Shown here: positions 49,871 to 62,795 of the stretch, piece by piece
How the letters are laid out: the number at the start of each line of letters is the position of its first letter
Numbering within the stretch: the stretch's first letter is position 1
From: Iphione sp. A-MEVVRFRX5
Lineage: Eukaryota
Direction of reading: 5' to 3'
Length of the DNA: 64,000 bases
Assembly: GCA_976226885.1 (NCBI GenBank)
Contig: OZ320320.1
Location: forward strand, 37,324,001 to 37,388,000
Translations under genes and position numbers: made by a program
Notes under the pieces: model-generated
The model's database searches: none
Seen by the model: the letters and a program-made list of their open reading frames with translations, nothing else
What the model was told of the DNA's origin: nothing

Positions 49871-52539
49871 TTTCCCTTACTAGTGATGGGGGCTGGACAC
49901 GGCAACCCCTCTGCGGCCCGGGGCGGCTTGATGATCGAATAGGAACGAGCGGGTAATATATCGAGAATTGGGGGCTGCCCGGAGTCGGCCCATTCTCCGT
50001 CTTCTTTTACTCCCTCGGTTACCACCCAAAAAATGTCCCTTGATGGAAAAGTTCCATCTGAGGTGCCTTTCTGACTAAAGTTTGCATCTCAAGCAGCTGC
50101 AGGGGCCATCCGTATGGTTTGTCTTGAAATGAGTTTTCTTCTCTTGTGTCAGCATATATAGGATCTTATTAAAACATCTTATTGTCATGATAAACTACTT
50201 TCAAAATGGATCTCATTGGGTACAGCAGTAAAAGGTTTGAAACACAGAGGAAAGAAATAAGGAATGAGAATAATCATATATGTCAATACGGATAATTAAT
50301 ATGAATGTCAATATAACGCTCGGTAATCGCATATTCTCGTCATGCCATTTCTCGTTTTGGGTTCAACCAGTATTATTCACAATGTAAAAGAGAGTACTGT
50401 CATTTCGTTATAACTAATAAATGGGTGTCAGATTGATTTACATGAGCAGTATTCTAATGGTGGCAAATGGTAAAGTTACTTTATAATATAATTCTAAATA
50501 CAAGAAGAAATCTTTCATGTCTAGTAATGGAAATGTAAGAGTGGTGATAATGTGTCATAGTACATTTTAATTCTATTCTTGCTTATCAGCATTGCAATTC
50601 TGAGACTTTAGCCCCACCAACAGTCAATCCAGATTACTCACCATCGACCATCAACCAGTCAATTACTTCGCAGACAACTAACTCTGAAAGCTTTACGAGA
50701 ATGGGAAGGGACAATTTCCCCTTCAGACTCAACGGTTCTGTCTCCTGGCGCTTGCAACGACTCGAAGGTTGCACAAAAAAACTTGATGACATTCATTATG
50801 ATTTACTTCGATGGAGGGGACCTTCAATTAGAGGTTAGACAATTTCACTCTCACATACATCTTCATTTAGGCGCAGGCAGCAGCGAGCCTTAGTGCGATG
50901 GACAACTTTATCTGTGTTCAAGGTAGATAGATTACGCCAACGAATCTTTATGGTTGGAATCAGACGGTTGGTTCTGTCCCTCTACAGTGCCCTTTACACA
51001 TTCTTTAACAAAACTTACTTTGATACCGCTGAAGCAGCGACAGGTTTCCATAGGTGACATTTAACCTTAACTCTTCCCTTCACTAATTCATGGTCGGATT
51101 GGGAGAGGATGTCTCGTAAAAAGAGCATATGCCTTTCTCCAAAGTGTTAAATTTCTCATTCACTTTCCTCCTTATTTGACTCTCGGCCCACCTGCCATAA
51201 TTTCTCTGTCCTCTAGTGTCTCTCTTGTGTCCTTAATGTTTTATATGTTTCCTGCCGCCTTGTGTTCGCATTTCCAGCCTTCCCCTTTGCTCGCTCCCGG
51301 CCGCTTCCTCTGCTCTTTCCCGCGGCGAAGCCCGTTCTCTGTCACTTTCACGCCATCTTTACGTTAACGAGCCGGTCGAGTATTACGCTGATTGCGTGTC
51401 GTGGGCGCAGGAAGACGGACATTAATTCAAATCTATGGGCCACATAAAACCATCCTCAATGATCTCTCAAACTAGACTGGATTTTTACGGGGCGGTGGAG
51501 GCCGGAGGCGGGCAACGGCGGTCGAGGCCTGATATTGGCGGCGACCTGGGCGACCCACTGTTCGCCTACGATCAAAACACGACGGCAGGACGTTATCGTT
51601 TCATCACCATAAACTCAAGCCAGCCGCGCCGATACGTCGTGCTTTATAGCTAATCAATCGTGTCGAACACTTTTAAAGGTGAGGTGATTGTCGGGCTGGC
51701 GCCGCCACCGACGCCTGTGTTGCCGCCCTGTCTCGCTTGACGTCGCCGCGGCAGCCTGAAAAGCATGGGAAATAGAATCGCTTCCCACGGCTTCACCTTA
51801 GCTGTATTCGATTCCATAGTCTCTTTAGCGTGTAAAGACTTAACCTGCTCACACAGGGATACTACGCTTGCCGGGAGGAGGTAAATCAGTGGTCCAATGG
51901 GAGAAATGGGCAGAGATGATCGAGCGGAGAGAGCTATATAGAATACAAATATGGCCGGGCTGACATAAACCACCAGCATTTGCCTTTCCACATTATGTCC
52001 GTCAATCACCAAAACAAATTACTGTCTTCCCTACAAAGACTAGACTTTTCAAAATTATACGTCCGCAGAGGTAAGCTCTCCCCAGTATTTTTTTCCTTCC
52101 AGGTAGCTTCCAAGTATTTATGTCGTCGTCTAATTCCATACAATGTCCGTGTGAATACGCAGATTATATAATCACGCTGCTAACCCGCATGGGCATATAT
52201 ATGTGAAACACTCTTCTGTTGGTGTAACAATTACTTAAAACATCAGATCACCAGGGTTAGGGTAGATTTCAATACATGTGTTGGTGTCTGTGTGCATTAT
52301 ATGCATTTTGTGTGCATTTGTGTGTGTGTTTTTTTTACCAGTGATATCTATTGAGGGGTGCCAAATGCGTCCTTGTGCGTTTCTGTGTGTTTGTCTGCAT
52401 TGTGCATCTGTCGTTCATTAACGGTCCCAGACTGATAATTCAACGCAAACGGACACCAAACGGACAGTAGTACATTAGAGGTAGTCTTTGAATCAGGTAA
52501 AATAACATGAAACCATGTCAAAAGACATGAAAAACCATC

Positions 52540-52651
52540 CTTTAACTAGTAAAATTCACTGGTTTTTGCCACTATTCCCATCAAATTTGTCATTTTTCTC
52601 CTTTAACTAGTGCGATTAACTATTTTTTACCACTATTCCCATCAAATTTGT
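52540..52651. repeat. Diverged tandem duplication, 61-nt period, about 1.8 copies
   Basis: ctttaactagt...ccactattcccatcaaatttgt occurs starting at 52540 and at 52601. Confidence 0.9.
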
Positions 52652-55600
52652 AGCCATAACACATGTCCAATCAATACCCCTAGTGAAATTCCCTCATCTC
52701 ACATAACCATAACGCAGCCATAATGGATACCAATAGGCACCCCTCTCCATTATGCTGCGTTGCAGGAAAATGCATGTAAAATGCATGGTAACGCAGGTAA
52801 GGAAACCGGCCCTTAAGTAATACCAAACGCAGCAAACATACAGGGAGAAGGAATGCTCCATTTAAGATGACAATCAATAACATGTGCATGGTGGTATACT
52901 CATAATAATCGGTGTACGTCAACACTATTCCTGCTGCCAGCAGTTCAGTTTAGTCAGATTTTTCTAAAAAAAATCCTCAGCAAATCAATACCATCTCCTA
53001 GCTGGGCGCGAAACTCTGGGTTTTCTCGGCCTAGCTATCAGGGAGATGTGCTAGTTATATTGGAGGTAAAATCAATATTAATTTCTGGGTGTTGAACAAA
53101 AATGGTCGATCCAAATTAATTTGATTTGCCTGAGTCAATGGCTTTACCGAATGCCCGCCTTTCATTTTTGATGGTTAGCGACCGCGTTTAATCTGATCAA
53201 TTCGCCTGGAATTTCCTTCTCCTCACTAGGTTCCTCCCTAGTGTGTCAGTGATACATAAAGCATATCACTGTAACTATATCATTCATCTTCATGAATGTT
53301 CCTGTATGGGCTAATAGACTTAACACTTAGTTATATTCCTGACTCACCCAGTGACAAACACTCTCTTATGAATGTATGTTTTTACAACCACCTTTGAAAG
53401 CACGGCTTGAATTTACCATAGAAAACCGACATAAACTTAAGGCAAGATAAATATATCTGTCCGTTCCTTAACGATGCATAGGGCTAAAATATAAAATAGA
53501 CTGTGCATCCCTCGACAATATACCAACGTTATTGTATGTTGTGCACCTCTCAATTATCTTTGTTGCATGCCTATCTGAAACCCTTTAGGGGAAGAACTAT
53601 CTGCTATCGTAGTTTGGTTTGCCCCTCTGGGAGGTGTGCTTGTGTAATCTATGGGATAAGTTGAGCGATTTGCCTCAAGTGTCGTTCTATACCCATGCGT
53701 GGTACTATGTCTGGCTTGCCACCTGGCTGACGAAGGCAAATGATTAACTTCAGCCACTGTGCTGTAGGAAACCTTCATTCGTCATTGTAGTTGATGATTC
53801 TGGTGAAACTAGTTCCCTACCTTCTCACTTTTTCTCACTTGGTAGGGTTGTCGTTATTACTGCACTGTTTCTGTTTGGGCAAAGTACTGTTTTCCAACGT
53901 CTCGGTGCTTGTGTACCTGTGGCTTTCACCTTCGCCGGAACTGTCGCTTCTGTGATCTCGCGCCTGTTGCCTTTACTAAATAAATGCCTACTGACTGTAT
54001 CTTCCTGCTTTCTTACCCTCTGTGTTTGCAATCCTTCGACTTCCTCAAAACCATTTAAGTTAACTTGCTTCGGTTTTCCTATGTGCCAGTCTGACCCTAT
54101 TCTGTGAAAAATTCAATGAGCCAAAATCACATTTGAAAAGTTTCAGTATTTTAAAGCGTCATATTTTTAATGAATACTTTTGGTGGCAACCTGACGCGCA
54201 CACACGATAGTGTTCGTATTCCCATTCAAATGCCCTTTTTAAGATTTAATTATCTCACTTTGTGTCAATCGAATGGTCATTTCAGTTAAACAAAAAAACT
54301 CTCATTACTGCGTTTATCAGAAAAGCCATTCGGAAATTTTCCAGCACCGAAAAGGCGAAAAAGCGATTGAGTTATTACTTTTCCATCTCAAGTTGCAGCA
54401 TTAATAAAATTTCAGATTTTCCCTCATACAGTCAACTTTTGCTTAGGAGACCACCTCTGAGACTGAAGGAATATGGTCTCCCCTGCATTCTAGTCTCTCC
54501 TAAGGTCTTTTATTATATGAACTGTACTGTTTTGGACTATGATATAGTGTTCTCCTCCGTGATCTGGTCTCCCTTGCAATCTGGTCTATAAGAGTCCACT
54601 ATATTTTGTTGTCTGGAGTATACTAATCTGATTAAAGTAAAAATCTGTGGTTGGGATATGCATGATGAATTACAACATGAAGTACTTCAGTGTTTTGTTT
54701 GCAGAACATAAAGTGAACTGAATCTCAATCGTATGTGAAGTACTGATGATACGTTTGAAGGTTTAAAGCTCATTACATGCGAAATTAGTGAAAAGAAAAA
54801 AAAGAAAGAAATGATTACGAGTTGCAATAACTTTGGAGGAAGAAAATCTGTCTTACTCAGGATATATTTCTTATACTGTGACAAGAGTCACCATATCTAT
54901 GAGTACTTCGAAGATAGGACTTCTATATGATATTTTCGTCCTGTTGCAACTTATATATTCGGCTAGAACAAGACATTGTGTTTCCAAATAGGTATGTAAA
55001 GTAATGTTTACTTGGTGGAGGGCCATTTATAATAGAGTAGTGAGTGACAAGAATTAATATCAATAGTGTGTCTGTAGTTACTAATCGTTATCTTGATGCA
55101 CCCGGTTCCATCCATAATCATTTATCACTGTCGGTGACAAAAGTATGCCGCAGGTTCGGTAACTAATCTGAGTGGGCCGTGGTGAGGCATCATACATCGG
55201 GCGTCGACTCTAGTTGAAAATCATTTGAACTGCGGACTGTGGAAAGTGTTGAGGTGGGAAGAGAGACGATCCAGATAGCCAACAATTTATAGCTGGTTAT
55301 CTGGCCCAACGCAGTGAAAGGGGGATAAATTTAATCGTATTAATAGACCTTACTTTTCTTGATGACAGCGCGCACATGATCTCTCAGGCTTGAATTTATC
55401 ATTTGTATTACTTAAAGTGTGCGAGTAAGACATCTGGTGTGAGCATGTGGCCTTAAATCAGCAAACGTCAGGATAGCTGACTTGGGCGTGTAATGAAGAT
55501 TTTTTGTTTCCACGTTGACGAGATAAGTGTTATCTGAGGCCCACAACAATACGAATACTATCTAAGATCTAATTTAGCAATAAAAGTTCACTATAGCAGA

Positions 55601-56568
55601 TGGTTTCAGCCACCCTACTAGATAAAGATTCCATCAAACCACAGTGGTAAAATCATGGTAGTATCAGATTGCTGGGAATCACATATCTCATTATCGAGCA
55701 TAGGCTGTTGTAGAGTATTTTTGTAAGCAGGCTACTTAGAAAGCTTTGTCTCTTTAAAACAATAGTCTGCGTTAAAGGCATTTAGGAAAATGGTTCTCCT
55801 TCAGGGATTTGATAATAGGCACTATAGCAAAGATATTTTCATTCTGTAACCAACCGTATCATTATCAGGAAGGCGGCTTGGAAAGCTGGCTTATCACTAA
55901 TATTTGCACCATATTAATAGCCTACTTAAGTACTAATTTCTATATGATTTTCTACGTATTGTACTGTGCAGGGGCCTCTCTCTTTATCCCTTAGAGAATG
56001 GCATTCCTCTTAACAAAAACGTACGCGGATCTGCGAAACCCATTTAAAATATTCAAGATTTACTAGGGCACTTATCAGCACCACTTAAGTGTTATAGTAA
56101 GGTAGACTGAGAGAACATTGTGCAACTCGGCGCCGCCTCGTCAGTGTGCACACAACCACAGCGAGAGTCGAAATAAATAAATTAAAATCCTTGAAGCGGC
56201 GGCCTTAAGAGACGCCCGCTGAGAGTTGGTGCACAGAACCAAGATGTAAACATCGTTTCGTGAGGGAAATTATAGCTCTGAACGGACACGGGAGAGGACA
56301 AAGAAATGGAATCGCCAGAGAGTAGGGACAAGACAGAGCCGGGGAACCTTTTAGATGTAATTTCGCTTTAAAGTGTAATTTCCTGGAGGATTCGCGGGTA
56401 ATTCTAGCTTGCATTGCTGGTGGTTCCCAGGGGTGAATAATTTTTTTTCGGGTCTGGCACAGGCTGGTTGCGCACGTTTGACGAGGTAATATTTCAAACG
56501 ACTTGGACGGGTTAGCGCATCTGTGATGGCCTGTGGGACGATTAGCGGGTACGAGATCCGGAGTGTAC

Positions 56569-56585
56569 GTGTGTGTGTGTGTGTG
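56569..56585. repeat. (GT)n microsatellite
   Basis: Direct reading. Confidence 0.95.
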
Positions 56586-56689
56586 ATCTTGGAACATGAA
56601 CGACTAGAATGTGGACTAAGACGTTCAGTCTAGCTGGAGAATGTTAATTGTACGCCTCTTGGCGAATGATATTACTGTGACTTTCTGAG

Positions 56690-57200
56690 ATTAGATGAAT
56701 ACAGATTGAGATTGAAGCCAAGAAGAGGGAAAACCTAGACATAACAAGTCGGAGGGATTGGAGGCAGACGTGGAAACGATGGGTGTGGGCAAGGAGATAG
56801 ACGGAAAAGATATAGAGGATGGAAAGATGGGGGAGAGAACCGGAAAAAGAGGGTGTCAAAGACGGGGTTAGAAAGGAAATAATAGGGAGAAACCGTAAGA
56901 GACAATGGGAAGGAAGACGTGAGAGAGAGGATGGGAAGAGAGGGAACTTTGATTGAGAGAAGTAGTTAAATGAATCGAAATAAAACAAAAGAATTGAGAT
57001 ACGGAGAAGCATACCGACGAAATAGCAATAGGACACAGACATATTGGAGTAGAGACAAAGCGATAAACAAATATTCAGTAAGACAAAATGATATGGAAAA
57101 CAGTCGGATAAAAACGGTATAAACGAGCTGATTAAGGAATATGTAATAGGAAACAGACCCTCGAGAACAGATGGAAAAATAATAATGCAACAAAATTAAT
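56690..57200 (+). repeat. Purine-rich (GA) low-complexity tract
   Basis: Plus strand A/G-dominated; accounts for the spurious minus-strand ORFs 56644-57042 and 56966-57193. Confidence 0.9.
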
Positions 57201-60200
57201 GCTTTTAAACAGCATCAATTCTGAAATCGATTCGTTGTGTACGCATTGCTATCATTGCATGATGACAATAATCACATATGGATAGTCTGCAGTCCCTTCA
57301 AGTCAGACATAATGCGATAGCTACAGCAGTAAATGTTTGATTGGTGATAGCATCAAAGTGGCAAAAAATATCCCCCGCTGTGTGAGATTTGTCGACAGCG
57401 GCTTATTTGTAAATTGTAGAGAATGAATGCTATGTAATGAATGCAGCGGTTTGTGTTGGGGATGGCGCTGTACTTTTATCACTGCAGGGTTTTCATTGCA
57501 AATAAAAAAGAATGCATGGAGTGGATATTCGGGCGAAGTATTGATTTTTAAAACCGGGTCTATTCTTTTAACGTATAATGTTGACTATAGATGGTACTGA
57601 CAACACTATGAACATTACCGAAAGGCAGCTTGATGGTTCCAAATATTGAAATTCGGTGCGATCCTCAACAGGAATGTAATCAACTCTCTTCATGGGGCGA
57701 ACTTTTTCTCACAAATAGAGCTACGCTACCCAAGGAAAGATTTCTTTTGTTTGAATTGGCAATGTGAATATTCAATTGCTTTCTATAGCAGAGCTGAAGT
57801 ACATGTTCAACGCAAAGGATATGCCCTAGATCAATGCTAAAAATGGACCCGTGCGACTTCTTGCGTCCAGTGTGTTATCGAACGTCTCAGCTTTTCAATG
57901 CAGTACAGCATCAGGTTGGACGGTAAGTAGACTGTGGATTTTCTCTCCCGCCACATCATCAGACGATTGCCCAATGAGGATTACACCTTTCACACGTTTT
58001 GTATCTACTCCTTGGTAGTGTTTCTAAACCATTTACTTTGCCATTGAATCTACCTTATCTTCTATTGTTACTCAATCAAAGGCCACTATCAACAAGATAG
58101 TAATGAGCAATCATATCCACTATTATTATGATGGTCCTGAGGGTACTCTAACCAATCCCACATGAACTTCAGGAGCCCCCATATCTGTCAAAACCATCAG
58201 CACCACAACCGCCACTACCACCAGCACCCCTCCTACCATACCTACCACCACTATCACCACTACAAACGCTTCTACTTCTGTCATTGCCACAGCTGTCATA
58301 CAAGGACCACCAGCTCCACTTTAAAGCAAAACACGTATTCCTTTAGGGACAAAGCTGATGGCGATGCAGTTCCTATCTTTCAGCATAATTAATGCTATGC
58401 ATTGCTATAGCGACCATTTACGCTAAATTTCTTCGCTCTAAATGTGAATAATCAAAACGCAGTGAAATGCTTAAATAAAAACCACCTTTAAGTCATATTC
58501 TTTGGATTTTAATGTTTCAAAATCTACTATTTAGGTTCACTCTATAATACTTTCACATATTGAAGAGATTTGACCCCCTAAACTCGTTATTTTCAATTCG
58601 GAAATGCTACTTAAAAACCAGAAGTAAACAAGTACTATACATAGCCCTTATTTTATATGTACCCTTTCAATATGTGAAGGGCAAGGTACCAGTGTAAAAC
58701 CTGATTATATGTGGTGGCGACCTCTTTGAGTCAAGTTAGTAAATGCTTATTAAATATCCACCTCTTGGTGAAATACCATGTTGGAACAAATTGTAAGTAT
58801 AGGGGCGGGTGCACAGCTGCCCTACTATTTTACCCTGTCTGAATCTGTGGTTTCGGTATTGTGCGATCGTAGGGTGACCTATAGTTAAAATAGTAACCCA
58901 TTGTTCGCATTCTTGACTTGTTACCACCACCTAAGACTACCATTTCTATCTCCTATCACCAATATACAACTACAATGTACATGTTTTTCCCCTAACCAAC
59001 GACCCTCTCTGATTTCAACAACATTAGCACCTAACAGGATCACCCACACGGTCAGCACACTTCCCTTCGTGTACGTGCCTAGCTACTTCCGGTTCCTGGA
59101 TACTTAACGACGAGAGCGCCCAGATTATCCATCGGAGCCAATCAGCAGCGAGGACACTGTTCCCTCCTTCTGCTCCTCCATATCCCTCCCTGCTACACAC
59201 GACCGCTTCACTATAGCGATATCTAGCAGGGTACGTGCTTGACGCCTTAGGATGTCCGATCGTGTCGCCGCCTCTTGCTGGCTGTCCTTCTGTCCTACCC
59301 TTCCCCCTTTCCCCCACCCCCACCCCCCAGGTTCTCGCACTCCCCTGAGAGGCGTGGAGTGGTGGACGGTTGGATGGGGCGGCAAGACTTGTCATCGCAG
59401 GTTGTGACCGCTGGCGCCATCGCAGCCGCCACTTGTGCCTGGCGCCCGCGGCCGCGGATACGGCCCTAATAGGGGCCAACCGAGGGATGTGACATGCCTG
59501 CCGCCCCTCAGCCTACGATTACCACTAACCGCTAGTGCCATCCAACGCCCACCCCAGTCCCTTCATCAATACGCCATCCTACACATCACGTGCTCACCTG
59601 CTGGTCACCCCAGCTCACATCACCTTGCAATACCACACGGGGATTTGCACTGCAGCGGAATGTACATATAATCTGTTTTAGTAATTGTAATATTGTAGAC
59701 AAAAACGAAGAAACGTTATCCTTTTAACGTGCATCAAGATACAAAAGTTGGTTTCCTGAGGAACATCAACCCAACCTATCCTTTTAGCCTTTAACTCATC
59801 AGTTAATAAAACTATTCTCCTATTCTGCTTTCAAATAAACCATAAAGATCATCCATCTACCACCTTCTGCTGGCCCGTTCACAAACACTTATCCTCCTAG
59901 CTTACAGTATCTGTGACAACGGCCCTGATTGGGTGGTTCATGGTAGACTGATGTAAGCTGCCATCCCATTGGATGCGGTCAGTTTGGTACCAAGAATTTC
60001 ACGGATCAGCTCAGTTAACACAGTCTTGGCCTGGGTGCGGACTTGCCCAAAGGTCGCCTGGTGGTCTTCTTGTCAAGGTTCAATGGATGCACTGATATGT
60101 CAATATCGCCCGACCCCTACATCTACATACAGCAGCTGATCAGTTCCTAGTAGAAAGGTATACTTTCCAACCTTTACAACCGTATAGATAATCTAGCTAT

Positions 60201-60764
60201 TTCAATGCAGAGATGTATGTAAAACTACACTGTTGTGCTGATGGTGACTCTCGGTCGAATTGGACATCCCCCAAAATGATTCACTCATTGAAATCTACTG
60301 AAATGGGCGTTGTTCCCTTGGCAGGGTCTGATTATAAGTACACAGAGATATTGGAAATTCACCATGTCGATGGTCTACAGATTTGATAAAGTTACGCTAA
60401 TAGCTGGTAAGATAAGCATAATACCCATGCCTCTGGATTCAATTAGATTCATAATAGTCCGCCATGCTTTTCGGACGAAGAACTTTAGCCTGTACCTGGT
60501 GTATACAGAGATTCCGTATAAAAGAAACTTGAAACTTGAAATTTGAATTGATGCCCTTCTCAACCACTTCTTCAATCCTGGGTCATATTAGTCTAAACAA
60601 TGGGATGCATGCAGTTGCATCTTTATCTAGGTACACTCTTATATATGTAGTCACCACCTTCCTAAAAATCGAGAGACAAATATCATGCTTATCGGAGGCC
60701 GAATGTATAGTGTTATCAGTACAATGTACAGTTAATGGGTTTGAATACTGTAGTCGTTACTTAC

Positions 60765-60945
60765 TTGTTAGTGATGGGAACCTTGAGGTCGAACTCGAGA
60801 AAGGTGAGCTCGACCACCTCATCGAGGTCCCCGATGAAGGTGTAGAGAATGCAGTTGATATTTGGAGGGTAGACCTCGGGGAAGTTCGGAGACGTGAAAG
60901 TGCCCTGCGACCGGCCATAACTTTGGTACACAACACATTCACATG
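60765..60945 (-). CDS. sol-1: Exon encoding the N-terminal half of CUB domain 1: (A)CECVVYQSYGRSQGTFTSPNFPEVYPPNINCILYTFIGDLDEVVELTFLEFDLKVPITN(K)
   Basis: Acceptor tctttcgttacag and donor AA|gtaagt; 181 nt, phase 1 in and phase 2 out. CUB hallmarks G-x-F-x-SPNFP-x-x-YP-x-N-x-x-C and V-x-L-x-F-x-x-FDL are present. The CEC(V/I)V start and CILYTF-x-G segment match my recollection of SOL-1 CUB1. This frame is missing from the ORF track because it has no ATG. Confidence 0.95.
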
Positions 60946-62795
60946 CTGTAACGAAAGAAGAGACAGAGGCGAAGAATTAGTCACGCGTTGAACCTCAAAA
61001 ACCGAGTCCCTTGCTCACACAGAACTGCTACTACGACAAATATAATTAGTGTTAAATTCTCTACATGTTCCTTTTTGTATAGTTTCTGTAGCTTCTAAGT
61101 TCAGGTGTACATTGATCCTTTTTCCGTGTCATTTTTTTCTGTGTCATGCCAACCTGTAACGTGATAATTCTGTGTGAGCAAGGATGTTCGGGTTGGAGAC
61201 ATTTCATACCTACCTGAGTTGCCCGGGAAGCTTATATTACAGGCCTGACTATGCATGGCATCCCACTGAGGTTTTATTTTGTACTGGAATTTCTCCAGGC
61301 AATGTGAACTTCTCATTACTATCACTGGTATAGATGCAATAGCAATATTGAGAAATGGACTAATGATATCGTTGTGACTTTGATTAAGTTGAGTGCATGA
61401 CCGCCAATTGAGTGAACACTTCAAGCCAAACCTTTCCTCACATAAATAGGTCAATTCCTTGCGATGGGATATTATCCATTTTGTAACGGTGAGAGGTAAC
61501 GAAATATTATGTTCACGCTTAAAATGTTCTCTGAAAGCCCGTCTGGAAATGCCACAATTCACATCGGGAGTTTCTTCAGTAGATGCATTCATTAATCTAT
61601 GGGCGACCCTGATTACTTGACGGCTACGTACAGGTGAATCGACTCTATTTGCCTTTATGCCTCGACCCAGAGAGTTGATAAAATTTGTCTCATTCATCTT
61701 GGAAATATGGGTCACAACTTAGCTCTTAAGACAACCCAATAACCCGTATCTATCACAATCTATCACCATACGTCACTTTCAAGTAGATGGAACGAAAAAG
61801 GAATCGATACTGTCTGTGTCACTCTCAATGTGCATAATAAACTATGATGTTATAAGGTGATGAATATGACGTATTAATTATCACCAGGTCATTGGCGTTG
61901 ATTCTGTACGATTACCCGCCCAATAAACTTACTGAAAATATATGCTTGGACTTTTGTATGAATGTCGGACGGTAATAAGGTAAAGTTTTGATTTATTATC
62001 CGTAACTGTTTGGTGCATGAAAACCAAGGGTTACGTCATGACAGATGGTACAATTACTCTTTCTGTAGAAGAACATCTCCTTGGTTCCAAGGCAATTTAG
62101 TAACACACTATATCATTGTGTATTCTCACTCTACGCTGCATTCTAATTACGGCAGTAATTCGGAATTAAGACCACCGATGGGACCAGGGGATTTTGCACT
62201 TTTCAGTGACTTGCCATGGTAGCTGAGTTGCTGGTGTCATAGGAAATAATCCATTGAAACGGGGCAAACTTCTCCTTAAGTGTAAGCGACACTGCTGGTT
62301 GATTTCTTCACAGGGTGGTTGCAACAATGTTTTTTTTACATGGGTACACATGTGTACTAGTCACAAGGCTTTGACTGACCAACCTCCTAAGGTAACAGGA
62401 CCGAGATCCAGTTTCAAAATCTGAACATGAAACTACTTCGGTATACGGAGGGGTGTGAGAGGGTTTGTTCCTTCAGTCGAGATCCAGCGCAGTAGAACAT
62501 GGTTTACCAGGAGAGATCAGCAAAACTCGACCGGTAGTTGAGCTATCATTATGGAGTGTATTTGCTAACTACCGCTGTTCACCAGGTACCTTTGCATGCT
62601 GTAGCCTAAACAAACTTCGGGATGGAAACCTACCATTAAGAAGTTTCTTGCTACCCTCACACCTGGGAGACCCAGAATCGGGACTGGGAACATAAGATAT
62701 AGATACATATAAAGAAAAACAAAAAAAGAAGGAATTATAGATATACAGAAAATCGATATTTGTAAAACGACAAATTCTACACTCATAAACCGAAC
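60946..62795 (-). other. 1,850-nt phase-1 intron between the signal-peptide exon and the CUB1 exon
   Basis: The acceptor at 60946-60947 is clear; the donor position depends on the exon-1 boundary call. Confidence 0.65.

Larger units (their letters stand above)
32351..60764 (-). other. 28,414-nt phase-2 GT-AG intron splitting CUB domain 1
   Basis: Bounded by gtaagt (60764) and ccag (32351); the flanking exons join in frame into one coherent CUB domain. Confidence 0.9.

Noticed and set aside
54653-54726. Box C/D snoRNA-like pattern (ATGATGA...CTGA with 5-bp terminal stem)
   Set aside because: It is antisense to the host gene, I recognise no rRNA/snRNA guide, and a few such patterns are expected by chance in 64 kb.
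60536-60991. 151-aa plus-strand ORF and 75-aa minus-strand ORF 60757-60984
   Set aside because: Antisense and off-frame shadows of the real CUB exon; the same applies to 32047-32472 and 32147-32350.
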